Assembly (NCBI GenBank): GCA_964592145.1
Contig: CAZQBX010000006.1
Location: 32,789-96,788 of the forward strand
From: an uncultured Ignavibacteria bacterium
Lineage (GTDB): Bacteria > Zixibacteria > MSB-5A5 > CAIYYT01
Length of the DNA: 64,000 nt
Direction: 5' to 3'
Below, in pieces: positions 17,758-26,355 of this stretch. Position 1 is the stretch's first letter. Each line of letters starts with the position of its first letter. A program made the translations under genes and the position numbers. The notes below the pieces were generated by a model. The model was given only the letters and a program-made list of their open reading frames with translations, was not told the DNA's origin and did no database searches.

Positions 17758-18357
17758 ATGAAGAAGGTTTTGTTAGCCGTTATCGCTATCGCTCTAGTAG
17801 TGATCGCTGGCTGCAGCAAGCCGCCGGAAGCCGAAATGGCTGCCGCCCAAAGTGCTATCAACAACGCCAAAGCCGCCGAAGCCGAGCAGTACGCTCCGCA
17901 GGCTTTCCGTATGCTGTCCGATTCCCTCAATGGCGCCATGGCCATGAAGACCGAACAGGACAACAAGTTTGCTCTCTTCCGCAGCTATGGCGACTCCAAA
18001 GCCATGTTTGAGCGCGTCGCCACCATGTCGACCGACGTCATCAATCAGGCTAATGCCGAAAAGGAAAGAGTCAAACAGGAAGTCACCGGTATGATGGCGG
18101 AAACCAAGACTCTGCTTGACTCCGCGATGGTCCTGTTGGACAAAGCCCCCAAAGGCAAAGACAACAAGGCCGAATTGGAACTGATTAAGAACGACCTCAC
18201 CAATATTGGCTCCGAGTGGATGGTCGCCGAAGGCGACTTCAACGGCGGTAAGTACCTTGTCGCTCGTACCAAACTTGAATCAATCAAGTCGCGCATTGCC
18301 AGCATCACTGCTGAAATTTGCAAGGCGTACGAGGCCAAGGGCAAAAAGTGCATGTAG
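17758..18357 (+). CDS. DUF4398-like lipoprotein
   Basis: 199 aa with a lipoprotein signal (VIAGCSK) and an Ala-rich helical region (AKAAEAEQYAPQAF), the DUF4398 pattern. SD GAAAGGAAG. Confidence 0.6.
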   Translation: MKKVLLAVIAIALVVIAGCSKPPEAEMAAAQSAINNAKAAEAEQYAPQAFRMLSDSLNGAMAMKTEQDNKFALFRSYGDSKAMFERVATMSTDVINQANAEKERVKQEVTGMMAETKTLLDSAMVLLDKAPKGKDNKAELELIKNDLTNIGSEWMVAEGDFNGGKYLVARTKLESIKSRIASITAEICKAYEAKGKKCM

Positions 18358-18431
18358 CACTTAGCCGATAATAAAAGAGGCGTGTATAAGTTTGGGGGGA
18401 CAACGGTAACGCTGTCCCCCCAATCGATTTT

Positions 18432-19550
18432 TTGAATGCTAACGGTACATCCGTTGATTTGCGGGGATCAACAGTGCGCTACTTCAAACGAGCTACTCTT
18501 CTACTGATAGTTCTGTCTTCTCTGGTGTTTTTATTCGCCGGGTGTGAAGATCCTCCAGTCATTAACCTCGAGAACGCCCGTCAGGCATTGCGCCTTGCTG
18601 AAAGCGCCGGCGCCTTGCGTTATGCCGAAATTCTCTACCGTGATGCCGAACAACTCGTGAATACCGGCTGGATGGAAATGGCTCGCCAAAATGGCCGCCT
18701 GGCGCCGTTTCGCGACTATGAAAGTGCAGATTCGATTCTGGCAATGGCCTTGCGCCGTGCTAATGAAGCACGTCAGCATGCGATTGACAGCATCGCAACT
18801 GTGCAGACAGCCTCGCGTTCCGACCTGACCGAACTCCATAACGAACTGAATGAGTGGAATGAAGCCCTCAACGGTTCACTGGTCAATTTCAATGTTCGCG
18901 ACGACTGGCAGCGCGCCCGCCTGAATCTCGACATGGCCGAGAAACTGATGGCCAACGGCGAGTTCGACGAAGCGCGCGTTTCAATGATCAAAGCGCGCAA
19001 CCTGCTTAAGCAGGTCGGCGCGGCTCTGGAGTCGCATCAGGAGGACGAATCTCGACAGATCAGCGTCTGGCGTCGTTGGGTCTCACAAACTCTGGAACAA
19101 TCCCGTGCGGCTAATAGTTATGCTGTTATCGTGGACAAAGTCGCTCATAAGACGTATCTGGTCAAGGGTGGAAAACTCGTCCACACCTACGACTCCGAAC
19201 TGGGATACAATTCCGCACGCCAGAAACTGTTTTCCGGCGATGCCGCCACCCCGGAGGGAATGTATCGGGTTGTCAAAGAGAATAATAGAAGTAAATTCTA
19301 CCGGGCGCTGCTGATCGATTATCCCAACAGCGCAGACAAGAAACGCTTCGCCGATAACAAGCGCAAAGGCGTCATTTCCAATCGCGCCCGTATTGGCGGT
19401 TGGATCGAGATTCACGGCGAAGGTGGAAAAAACCGCGATTGGACCGAAGGTTGTGTTGCCTTGACCAATAAAGAAATGGATCATCTGATGAAGTTCGTCT
19501 CTGTCGGGACTCCGGTAACTATTGTCAGAAAGTCGGATCAATGGCCGTAA
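18432..19550 (+). CDS. Lipoprotein with N-terminal DUF4398-like domain and C-terminal L,D-transpeptidase (YkuD) catalytic domain
   Basis: 372 aa with lipobox LFAGCED. The C-terminus carries HGEGG...TEGCVAL, the L,D-transpeptidase His/Cys catalytic motif. Confidence 0.7.
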   Translation: MNANGTSVDLRGSTVRYFKRATLLLIVLSSLVFLFAGCEDPPVINLENARQALRLAESAGALRYAEILYRDAEQLVNTGWMEMARQNGRLAPFRDYESADSILAMALRRANEARQHAIDSIATVQTASRSDLTELHNELNEWNEALNGSLVNFNVRDDWQRARLNLDMAEKLMANGEFDEARVSMIKARNLLKQVGAALESHQEDESRQISVWRRWVSQTLEQSRAANSYAVIVDKVAHKTYLVKGGKLVHTYDSELGYNSARQKLFSGDAATPEGMYRVVKENNRSKFYRALLIDYPNSADKKRFADNKRKGVISNRARIGGWIEIHGEGGKNRDWTEGCVALTNKEMDHLMKFVSVGTPVTIVRKSDQWP

Positions 19551-20194
19551 GAAAAATCCTCTTGATTGTCATCTTGCCGGTATTTACCGTGGCCGCTATC
19601 GTGCTCTTCCTGATCGCTCTCAATCGGGAGAAACCGGAAGTCATCGCGGAAGGCTACTCCGTGGATACGCTTCTGACCGAATTGCCGCAGGACGAAAAGA
19701 AAGCTCAAAAAGAGTTGTCGGCCGCCCGCAAAGCCCTCGACAAACTCACTCCGACAAAACCATACATTGTCATCGATACCCACGCCAATCGGATTTACAT
19801 GCGGACCAAAGATAAGATTATCCTCGACGCTCGCTGTTCGACCGGCTCCGGGGGCGAATTGATCGACTCCGTCACCGGCCGCAGATGGATTTTCAACACG
19901 CCGCATGGTGTTTTCAAGATCCGCCGCAAAGTGACCGAACCTTGGTGGCGCAAACCCGATTGGGCGTTTATTGAAGAGGGAGAAGAGGTCCCTAAAAAGG
20001 AATCAGACCGCCTCGACCCCAATGTGATGGGCGACTATGCGCTGGACTTCGGCGACGGCTTTTTCATTCACGGCACAATCTATGAACGGCTTCTGGGAGT
20101 AAATGTCACCCACGGCTGCGTTCGCCTTGGCAGTGAAGATCTGGATTCACTCTATAAGCAGACGCCGATCGGAACCTATGTCTACATTTTCTAA
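19541..20194 (+). CDS. L,D-transpeptidase (YkuD family), membrane-anchored
   Basis: 217 aa with an N-terminal TM segment and the classic HGTIYERLLGVNVTHGCVRL active-site motif. Confidence 0.8.
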   Translation: MAVRKILLIVILPVFTVAAIVLFLIALNREKPEVIAEGYSVDTLLTELPQDEKKAQKELSAARKALDKLTPTKPYIVIDTHANRIYMRTKDKIILDARCSTGSGGELIDSVTGRRWIFNTPHGVFKIRRKVTEPWWRKPDWAFIEEGEEVPKKESDRLDPNVMGDYALDFGDGFFIHGTIYERLLGVNVTHGCVRLGSEDLDSLYKQTPIGTYVYIF

Positions 20195-20888
20195 ATCCGC
20201 CACTTTGCCGCTGCCGCTGTTGAGCTGGCTTGCGTTCGCAGCTTTGTCGGCTCTGCTGCTCTTTTCCTGCGGCAAGAAGGAATCGGCGACTACCGCTTCC
20301 GGCACTCCCGCCGCGAAACCCTGGAATCAGTCGGATGCCGAATCTGAATACCGGCTGATCAAAGCCGAATTGAGTCTCGCCGAGGCCAAGAAACCATACC
20401 TGGTTCTGAATTTTCCCCGCAAGTTCATTGAACTGCGCCTAAATGGCGTACTCGTTTGGGAGTTTCCGATGGAGTTGATTGAAACTGACCAAAGTGATCT
20501 GAAGGACTTCTCAAACGACTTTCTTGGCCCCAAAGGGACCCTCATGCGACCGATACTTGAGAAGCACCTCTTCGCATCCCAGGGCCTGACTCCCGACTCC
20601 GTCCTGGCAATCATCAGCGAAGCCACCAACGTCGATGCCGAGTTGCTTCAGCGTGAACTACCGTCCCGTTTCCAACTCCTCTGGGCCGGCGGCCTGACAC
20701 TCGATGTCCGTACTGATGTCGAGGGCAAACCCAAATCAAAACTCCAGAATACCCTTGCCGATATCAAACAGGCGATCACCCGCCCGCTGGGACGCGAGGT
20801 CATCATCCTAAAGATGCCGCGCGAAACCGCCCTGACACTCTACCGGGCTACCCTCCCGGGTCTCCCGACTTTGATCATCCCCGCCTGA
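20178..20888 (+). CDS. Hypothetical lipoprotein with a degenerate L,D-transpeptidase-like domain
   Basis: Internal start at MSTFSKS was chosen; the upstream part of the ORF overlaps the preceding gene. Lipobox LLFSCGKK. The region KKPYLVLNFPRKFIELRLNGVLVWEFPM resembles the start of a YkuD domain, but no His/Cys catalytic motif was found. Confidence 0.45.
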   Translation: MSTFSKSATLPLPLLSWLAFAALSALLLFSCGKKESATTASGTPAAKPWNQSDAESEYRLIKAELSLAEAKKPYLVLNFPRKFIELRLNGVLVWEFPMELIETDQSDLKDFSNDFLGPKGTLMRPILEKHLFASQGLTPDSVLAIISEATNVDAELLQRELPSRFQLLWAGGLTLDVRTDVEGKPKSKLQNTLADIKQAITRPLGREVIILKMPRETALTLYRATLPGLPTLIIPA

Positions 20889-21002
20889 TCTCCTGATCAG
20901 AATTTTCACTTCCTCGATGTGACAAATTGCTTCGCGAATTCAACAATCGGCGTATAATACCAAAACATGTGTGCAACAACGGGAACATAAGCTAAGACAA
21001 CA

Positions 21003-21692
21003 ATGCAATCAGACGAAGACAGTAGTACCGCAAATATCGTCGCGGAGTTGACACTCTCCAACTCCGTGCCTCAAACTCGCCGCGGCCGCAGCTATCTGGC
21101 CCGACTTCGCGGCGAATCCGGCATCGTTAATCTCGCCGGAAACTACAACTACCTCGAAACCGGCTATTACACGTCGCTCGACCTCGAAGCAGACGGCGTT
21201 GAGATTCATCCCACCTGCAAAGAAGCGCTGGATGCCTACATCACGCCGCTGATGTTGGAGAAAGCCAGGCTGCACGATGTCCCCGTACCGGAGTGGTACA
21301 TCACCAACGGATATTTCGAACCGCCGGTGATTATCGACACCATCAACCCATTTATGACGCGTCACAGTATCGTCGAACGACAAGGGCATGTCGACCGCGT
21401 CGCCAAGTCGATGACCCGTAATTTCAAATATGCCATTTGCTGCCAGGAAATTCCCCACGAAGCGACGATCGGGACGTTTCGCGCCGTCCTCGGCTGGAGC
21501 GTCGTGCCGGCACATCGACCGCTCGCGGAAGCGCTCTGGAAAATTTTCCGGATTCCACTCGCCGTCGTGCGGACAATTCAACTCGCCGATAATCAGATTC
21601 TGCTAAGTGACATCGATCCCTTGCCGTTCCAGAAATTGAACAATCGCGAACGGTTCTATCTGCAAAAGCGAATCGAGCAATGGCTAATATAG
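21003..21692 (+). CDS. Hypothetical protein, possible accessory (RLAN-like?) subunit of the adjacent RimK-like ligase
   Basis: 229 aa. Its stop overlaps the start of the ATP-grasp gene, which suggests translational coupling. No motif was confidently recognised. The suggestion of a RimK-like-ATP-grasp N-terminal domain is inference from gene context. Confidence 0.4.
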   Translation: MQSDEDSSTANIVAELTLSNSVPQTRRGRSYLARLRGESGIVNLAGNYNYLETGYYTSLDLEADGVEIHPTCKEALDAYITPLMLEKARLHDVPVPEWYITNGYFEPPVIIDTINPFMTRHSIVERQGHVDRVAKSMTRNFKYAICCQEIPHEATIGTFRAVLGWSVVPAHRPLAEALWKIFRIPLAVVRTIQLADNQILLSDIDPLPFQKLNNRERFYLQKRIEQWLI

Positions 21693-22564
21693 GCGTCTTC
21701 GTCGAGCGCTATACCATGAGCAGCTCGGAACAAATGGGAGCATTAATGAAACTCGGCCAGGTCGCTCACATGCTCGGCCACCGGCTCGACTTCCTCTTTC
21801 GCCCCGACATGTACAAGATCCCCGGCTATGATGCGATATTCATCCGCGCACTTACCGACCCGCTTAACTCTTCCTATGTTGCCGCGCGTCTCGCGCAAAT
21901 GAACGGTCTGCGCGTGATTGATGATCCCGAATCGATCTACATCTGTTGTGACAAAGTCAATATGTACCGCCACCTGCAGGACAAGAATGTCCCAATGCCG
22001 GAAACGACGTTCCTGATTGAATCCGACTTGAATTTTGAAACCGGTGAACGCATGCTCGCCGAGATGGGCTCACCGCTCGTACTGAAAGCGCCAAATTCCA
22101 GCTTCTCGATGTACGTCGAGAAAGTCCACACGCCGGAGGAGTTTGTCAACGTCGGCACCCGCTACCTGCGCCGCGCCGATCGGATCGTCGCCCAGAAGTT
22201 TGTTCGCTCCCACTTTGACTGGCGCGTCTGCGTCCTTGCCGGACAGCCTTTGTTCGTCTGCCAATATACGATTCCCAAGCGTCGCTGGAAGATCATGACC
22301 TACACCGAAGCCGGCCGCGCCATCTACGGTCAGGTGCGCGGCATCCCGGTGAGCGAAGCCGATCCCGAGCTGATTCGCGTGGCTATCGCCGCCGGTGCGG
22401 CAATCGGCAATGGTCTCTATGGCGTCGACCTTAAGCAGACTGATGATGGTTTCGTCGTCATCGAGGTCAACGACAATCCGACCATCAATCAGGATGAAGA
22501 GGACCAAGAGGCGCCCGACTTGTACGAGAAACTGATCACCTATCTTGCCGGTGAATGGAATTGA
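21680..22564 (+). CDS. RimK-like ATP-grasp ligase (alpha-L-glutamate ligase family)
   Basis: 294 aa with the ATP-grasp fold (LVLKAPNSSFSMYVEKV, GVDLKQTDDGFVVIEVNDNP). Confidence 0.75.
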   Translation: MANIGVFVERYTMSSSEQMGALMKLGQVAHMLGHRLDFLFRPDMYKIPGYDAIFIRALTDPLNSSYVAARLAQMNGLRVIDDPESIYICCDKVNMYRHLQDKNVPMPETTFLIESDLNFETGERMLAEMGSPLVLKAPNSSFSMYVEKVHTPEEFVNVGTRYLRRADRIVAQKFVRSHFDWRVCVLAGQPLFVCQYTIPKRRWKIMTYTEAGRAIYGQVRGIPVSEADPELIRVAIAAGAAIGNGLYGVDLKQTDDGFVVIEVNDNPTINQDEEDQEAPDLYEKLITYLAGEWN

Positions 22565-23016
22565 TGGGCGCAAAGATCATCATCCGGAAGACACGATTAA
22601 GAGATCTCGAAGGCATCGTTGCCCTCGAGAACCGCAGTTTCAAATTTGATCTCTTCACACGGAAACAGTACCACTACCTCATCGCCAAAGCCAACGCTAC
22701 CGCATTCGTGCTCTTGGTCGGAAAGACAATCGCCGGCTCGGCGATCATTCTCTGGCGGAAAGGCTCAACCAAGGCGCACTTGTACACAATTGCCGTCGAC
22801 CCGAGTTTTCAGGGTCGCGGTCTGGGACGGAAATTGTTGGAAAAATGCTTGCAAGAAGCGCGCCAGCAGGGCTGCGACCGCTTTTCTCTCGAAGTCCGCG
22901 CCGACAACAAGCCCGCCATCGCACTCTACAAGAAATCAGGCTACGAGATTATCGGCCGCGTCAGGCAATATTACGAAGATAACTGTGACGCCTTGCAGAT
23001 GCAGAAGTCTCTCTAA
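22555..23016 (+). CDS. GNAT family N-acetyltransferase (RimI-like)
   Basis: 153 aa with the acetyl-CoA binding motif (IAVDPSFQGRGLGRKLLE). Confidence 0.8.
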   Translation: MELMGAKIIIRKTRLRDLEGIVALENRSFKFDLFTRKQYHYLIAKANATAFVLLVGKTIAGSAIILWRKGSTKAHLYTIAVDPSFQGRGLGRKLLEKCLQEARQQGCDRFSLEVRADNKPAIALYKKSGYEIIGRVRQYYEDNCDALQMQKSL

Positions 23017-23136
23017 TCCACAGCTTCAGAATTCAACGTACCTGCAGCTGCGACAGCTGTACATCTTCGTCATTCCCGCGAAGATTAAGCGAAGCGAAAT
23101 CCCGCGTTTGGCGAGGTCGAAATCCAAGCCTTGTAT

Positions 23137-23291
23137 CATTCCCGCAAAGGGGCGCGTTGAAAAACCGTCCAGTACTGTCATCCTGAGCGCAGCGAAGGAT
23201 CTGTTAGTTTTGCGTAACAACGGCTACCAGATCTTTCACATCGTTCAGAATGACACAAGGGGTGTCTCAACAGTCCCGAAGGCGGGAATCC
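23137..23291. repeat. Palindromic MITE-like repeat, family SFAALRMT (copy 1)
   Basis: Terminal inverted repeats cattcccgc...gcgggaatcc with an internal long imperfect palindrome (gtcatcctgagcgcagcgaaggatct ... agatctttcacatcgttcagaatgac). It lies between convergent genes. Confidence 0.6.
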
Positions 23292-23308
23292 AACCGATAG
23301 AATCGACT

Positions 23309-23863
23309 CTACACCTCAAACGTCCGCTTACAAAAGTACGACCTTACCGAACCGTCCGACTGCTTTTGTGACCAGACTTCGAATCCCTTCTTATTGACTG
23401 CGTCCAACAGCGGCGCCGGCACAAAAGGCGTAATCAACTCGTAGATGTCGCCCGCTTTGAGCTTCTCAAGATCGCTCATTACGCGTCCAAGCGGATGTTC
23501 CCCCGCTTCGAGCATCGGTGCTGCATCGAGCAATGCCGCAATCTTTGTCTGCGCAAACCAATCCGGTACTGATTCTGTACCGGAATCAGACTTGCCTGTC
23601 GCACCGCCCTTCCACTGCTCTTCGATTCCCAGTTCCTTACGCAGCGTATTGATCAGAATGCCGATCGGCACTTCACCGATCTTGGCAACCTGCTGAAGCG
23701 TCGCCACTTTGCCAACTGTCTTGCGCAGAAGCGGGTTGCGCAGATTTGCGTATGCCGGCGAAAGCTGAATCAGCGGCGCTTCCAGTTGCGGATAACGATC
23801 AAGCAGCGGACCGATCTTGGTCTCCGGCGTGATGGTTATGACTTCGACTTGTGACATTGACAA
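23309..23863 (-). CDS. DUF1858 (ScdA_N-like) domain protein
   Basis: 184 aa. The N-terminal ~70 aa match the DUF1858 pattern, the N-terminal domain of ScdA/RIC (ITITPETKIGPLLDRYPQ...). The C-terminal part is an unassigned small domain. Confidence 0.6.
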   Translation of the reverse strand: MSMSQVEVITITPETKIGPLLDRYPQLEAPLIQLSPAYANLRNPLLRKTVGKVATLQQVAKIGEVPIGILINTLRKELGIEEQWKGGATGKSDSGTESVPDWFAQTKIAALLDAAPMLEAGEHPLGRVMSDLEKLKAGDIYELITPFVPAPLLDAVNKKGFEVWSQKQSDGSVRSYFCKRTFEV

Positions 23864-23871
23864 TCCTTCCT

Positions 23872-25110
23872 TTAGTCCTTGGCATATTCCAGCAATCGCT
23901 GTTCACCGTTGAGTGCACGTTTATCTGTAAGGTCCTGGCTAACTTCGAGCGTGCCGAGGTATTCGCCCTTCTTGTCGCGCAACGCGAAGTATTCGATGTG
24001 AATGAACCTCCCCTTAATCGTAATCCAGAACGGCGCCCGCGACTGTTTGCCCGAGCGAAAATCTTCGATAATTCTCTGCACGATATGCACGCTATGCGGA
24101 GGATGACACAACTGCACCTTCCGGCCCAGAATCGCGCGGTTGCGGTCGAATATCCGCTCCCGTCCCTGCGTGAAATACCGCACCGTGTCGTCCTTGTCAA
24201 CGAAGGTCAAGTCGAACGGTATTGTGTTCAGGATCGCGTTCAACTCCGTCGGAGTCATACTCCCCGATGGAAGTTGAATTCGGCCCTCCTCCGTTAACGA
24301 CTCGCCCGCCATCGCCGTCTCGCCGCTGGGAGTCCACTCGTCGGTCGGGTCGAACAGACAAAATCCGATTTCGAGACTCTGATTGTAGACCTGCCACCAC
24401 TCCGACTCGCTAAGCGTGTCCATGCACATCGGAAAGAGAATCTGCTCTTCCTTGAAGATCATGTCTTCGACGCCGTCCGAAGCCGGCTTGAACACGAGTT
24501 CAACCAGCGTGCGTGTCTCATCCTGACTTGCATTCTCCATGTGCTCAAAACTTTCAACCGCCGCCTTCAATAGTTCTCTGATCTGATCGTGCTTACCCCA
24601 CATCACGGTCGGTGGTCCGGTAATACCATGCTTCTCCAAAAACGGGAAGATCAGGTTCTCCTTGCGCCGATAGTGCTTGTCGACGTCGCAGAGATTGTGG
24701 ATGTGAACGCGGATCTGCGCGACCAATGCCTTCAGCGTTTCATCGTTGACGTCTTCCTTGAGTCCAAGATACGCCCTCTGGAGTCCCGAGATTTCCCACT
24801 CAATGGCGCGATTCTCTTTCAAGAAGGTATCCACCGGATGTCCCGCCGGAGCCGTTTTCGCCGCCGAAGTGTCAATGCTCCCCTTCAGTGCGGCGCTGTG
24901 AATGTCGCACATCTTGAGAACTTCTGTCAGCGGCAAACCTTCATCGATTAATTCTTTTTCGACCGCCATCACTTCATCGTATGGCACTTGCCCCAAAATC
25001 CGCTGCAGTTGCATCCGCACCTCGTTCGGTGCTTCGCCTTTGTGCAGCTGCAGGATCAGGTGTTTCAGCAGTTCTCTGCGTTTCTCGGCGTTGTTTATTA
25101 ATTCACTCAT
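23872..25110 (-). CDS. DUF438 / hemerythrin-like / PAS-like domain protein
   Basis: 412 aa with an N-terminal DUF438-like region (LKMCDIHS), a central hemerythrin-type His/Glu region (HIHNLCDVDKHYRRKENLIFPFLEKH...HDQIRE) and a C-terminal PAS-like fold. Confidence 0.65.
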   Translation of the reverse strand: MSELINNAEKRRELLKHLILQLHKGEAPNEVRMQLQRILGQVPYDEVMAVEKELIDEGLPLTEVLKMCDIHSAALKGSIDTSAAKTAPAGHPVDTFLKENRAIEWEISGLQRAYLGLKEDVNDETLKALVAQIRVHIHNLCDVDKHYRRKENLIFPFLEKHGITGPPTVMWGKHDQIRELLKAAVESFEHMENASQDETRTLVELVFKPASDGVEDMIFKEEQILFPMCMDTLSESEWWQVYNQSLEIGFCLFDPTDEWTPSGETAMAGESLTEEGRIQLPSGSMTPTELNAILNTIPFDLTFVDKDDTVRYFTQGRERIFDRNRAILGRKVQLCHPPHSVHIVQRIIEDFRSGKQSRAPFWITIKGRFIHIEYFALRDKKGEYLGTLEVSQDLTDKRALNGEQRLLEYAKD

Positions 25111-25132
25111 TCGCTTAATCCTCTGTTCATCT

Positions 25133-26293
25133 TCAACGCTGCGGCGTTACTGGCTGCTGATTGAGTTCACGCAAACCCCGCGTGTCGGTGGGATGACCGT
25201 AGCCTTGAAGATTTTGTTGGTGATATAAGTATTCTTCAGTGGTGATTTTGCTGTTCCAGTAGCCCGTAACCATACCGAGACCGGTAATTGCGACGAAGAT
25301 GCCGACCGTCGCAATCGCCACCCAGCGCTTGTGCACTGGCTTCCGCGTTACCAGTGATTTAACCTCGAGCGTGTCGGCGATCGGACAAACATCCACACAA
25401 CTCATACACGACGTACATTCGTCGGAAATGACTGTCCTCACCTTGTCCACTTTGATGAATGACGGGCAGTTCAGCGCGCACTTGCCGCAGTCGATACAGG
25501 ATACCGGATCGCGCTTGATCTTGTGCGGCGATGCCAGGGACAGCACTCCGAGAAGTGCACCATATGGACACAGATTGCGGCACCAGAACCCGCGCAAAGG
25601 AATCGACAGCAGGACCAACGCACCGATAACGATGATGGAAAACTGCGAAATCTGCGCGAAGAAGTAGTACATCTTTACATCCGCGACAACGTTGTAATCG
25701 CTGTCGAGAAATGCGCGCAGAGCGAACTTACCCATCGTGAAAAAGATTGCGTACACGAAAAATGCCAATAACAGGTACTTCAGACTTCGCAGCGGATAAT
25801 CCAGCCAGCGCGGAACTGTGATCCGTCGGCGAAAAATCTTCTCACCCAAATCGCCCAGAGCTTCCGAAATCAGACCGACCGGACACAGCCACGAACAAAA
25901 CGCTTTTCCGAAAACCAGCGATAACGCAATGATGGCAACCAGAATCACTAATCCCGCCGGGTGGGCAGGGTGAAACTCGCCGGACAAGATGAAGTAATAC
26001 AGACTCATCAACGAGCTGATCGGCAGAAATCCCTCAACACCGGGCGGACGTTGCACAAACGTTGTCGTGCCGCCTGACTCGAGATACTTGACGAACAAAT
26101 GCATCTCGATACCGATCCAGATGCACAACAGTGCAAAAGCAACCTGAACCGCGAGACGCCATTTTTGGAGATGTGGCTGACGATTGCGAATAACCTTGGG
26201 CTTGGAAACAGCGCTCGGCGAGATGCCTTCGCCGCTATTTTCGCTTTCCTGAAATCTGTTCATGACCATACTTCCAATCCTCTGAAGGCTCAT
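25133..26293 (-). CDS. Membrane-bound 4Fe-4S ferredoxin-type protein (NapH/MauN-like polyferredoxin)
   Basis: 386 aa with multiple TM helices, CxxC motifs facing the membrane (CSWLCP, CRNLCP) and two ferredoxin motifs (CIDCGKCALNCP, CTSCMSCVDVCP). Confidence 0.7.
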   Translation of the reverse strand: MSLQRIGSMVMNRFQESENSGEGISPSAVSKPKVIRNRQPHLQKWRLAVQVAFALLCIWIGIEMHLFVKYLESGGTTTFVQRPPGVEGFLPISSLMSLYYFILSGEFHPAHPAGLVILVAIIALSLVFGKAFCSWLCPVGLISEALGDLGEKIFRRRITVPRWLDYPLRSLKYLLLAFFVYAIFFTMGKFALRAFLDSDYNVVADVKMYYFFAQISQFSIIVIGALVLLSIPLRGFWCRNLCPYGALLGVLSLASPHKIKRDPVSCIDCGKCALNCPSFIKVDKVRTVISDECTSCMSCVDVCPIADTLEVKSLVTRKPVHKRWVAIATVGIFVAITGLGMVTGYWNSKITTEEYLYHQQNLQGYGHPTDTRGLRELNQQPVTPQR

Positions 26294-26355
26294 CTTGCCT
26301 TCAGAAAGAGAATCGGAAAGTGGGCTATGTAAGTCCTTGATTTAAGTCAAGCAGG

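Noticed and set aside
20103-20177. 5' extension of the lipoprotein ORF that overlaps the L,D-transpeptidase gene by 92 nt
   Set aside because: The extension (MSPTAAFALAVKIWIHSISRRRSEP) precedes a much better start (MSTFSKS...), which is followed by a typical lipoprotein signal. It is likely a non-coding overlap of frames.
22619-23371. 250-aa plus-strand ORF overlapping the GNAT gene and the palindromic repeat
   Set aside because: Alternative frame of the well-supported GNAT gene. The Ser/Thr/Pro/Arg-rich sequence contains the repeat-derived peptide VILSAAKDL. Spurious.
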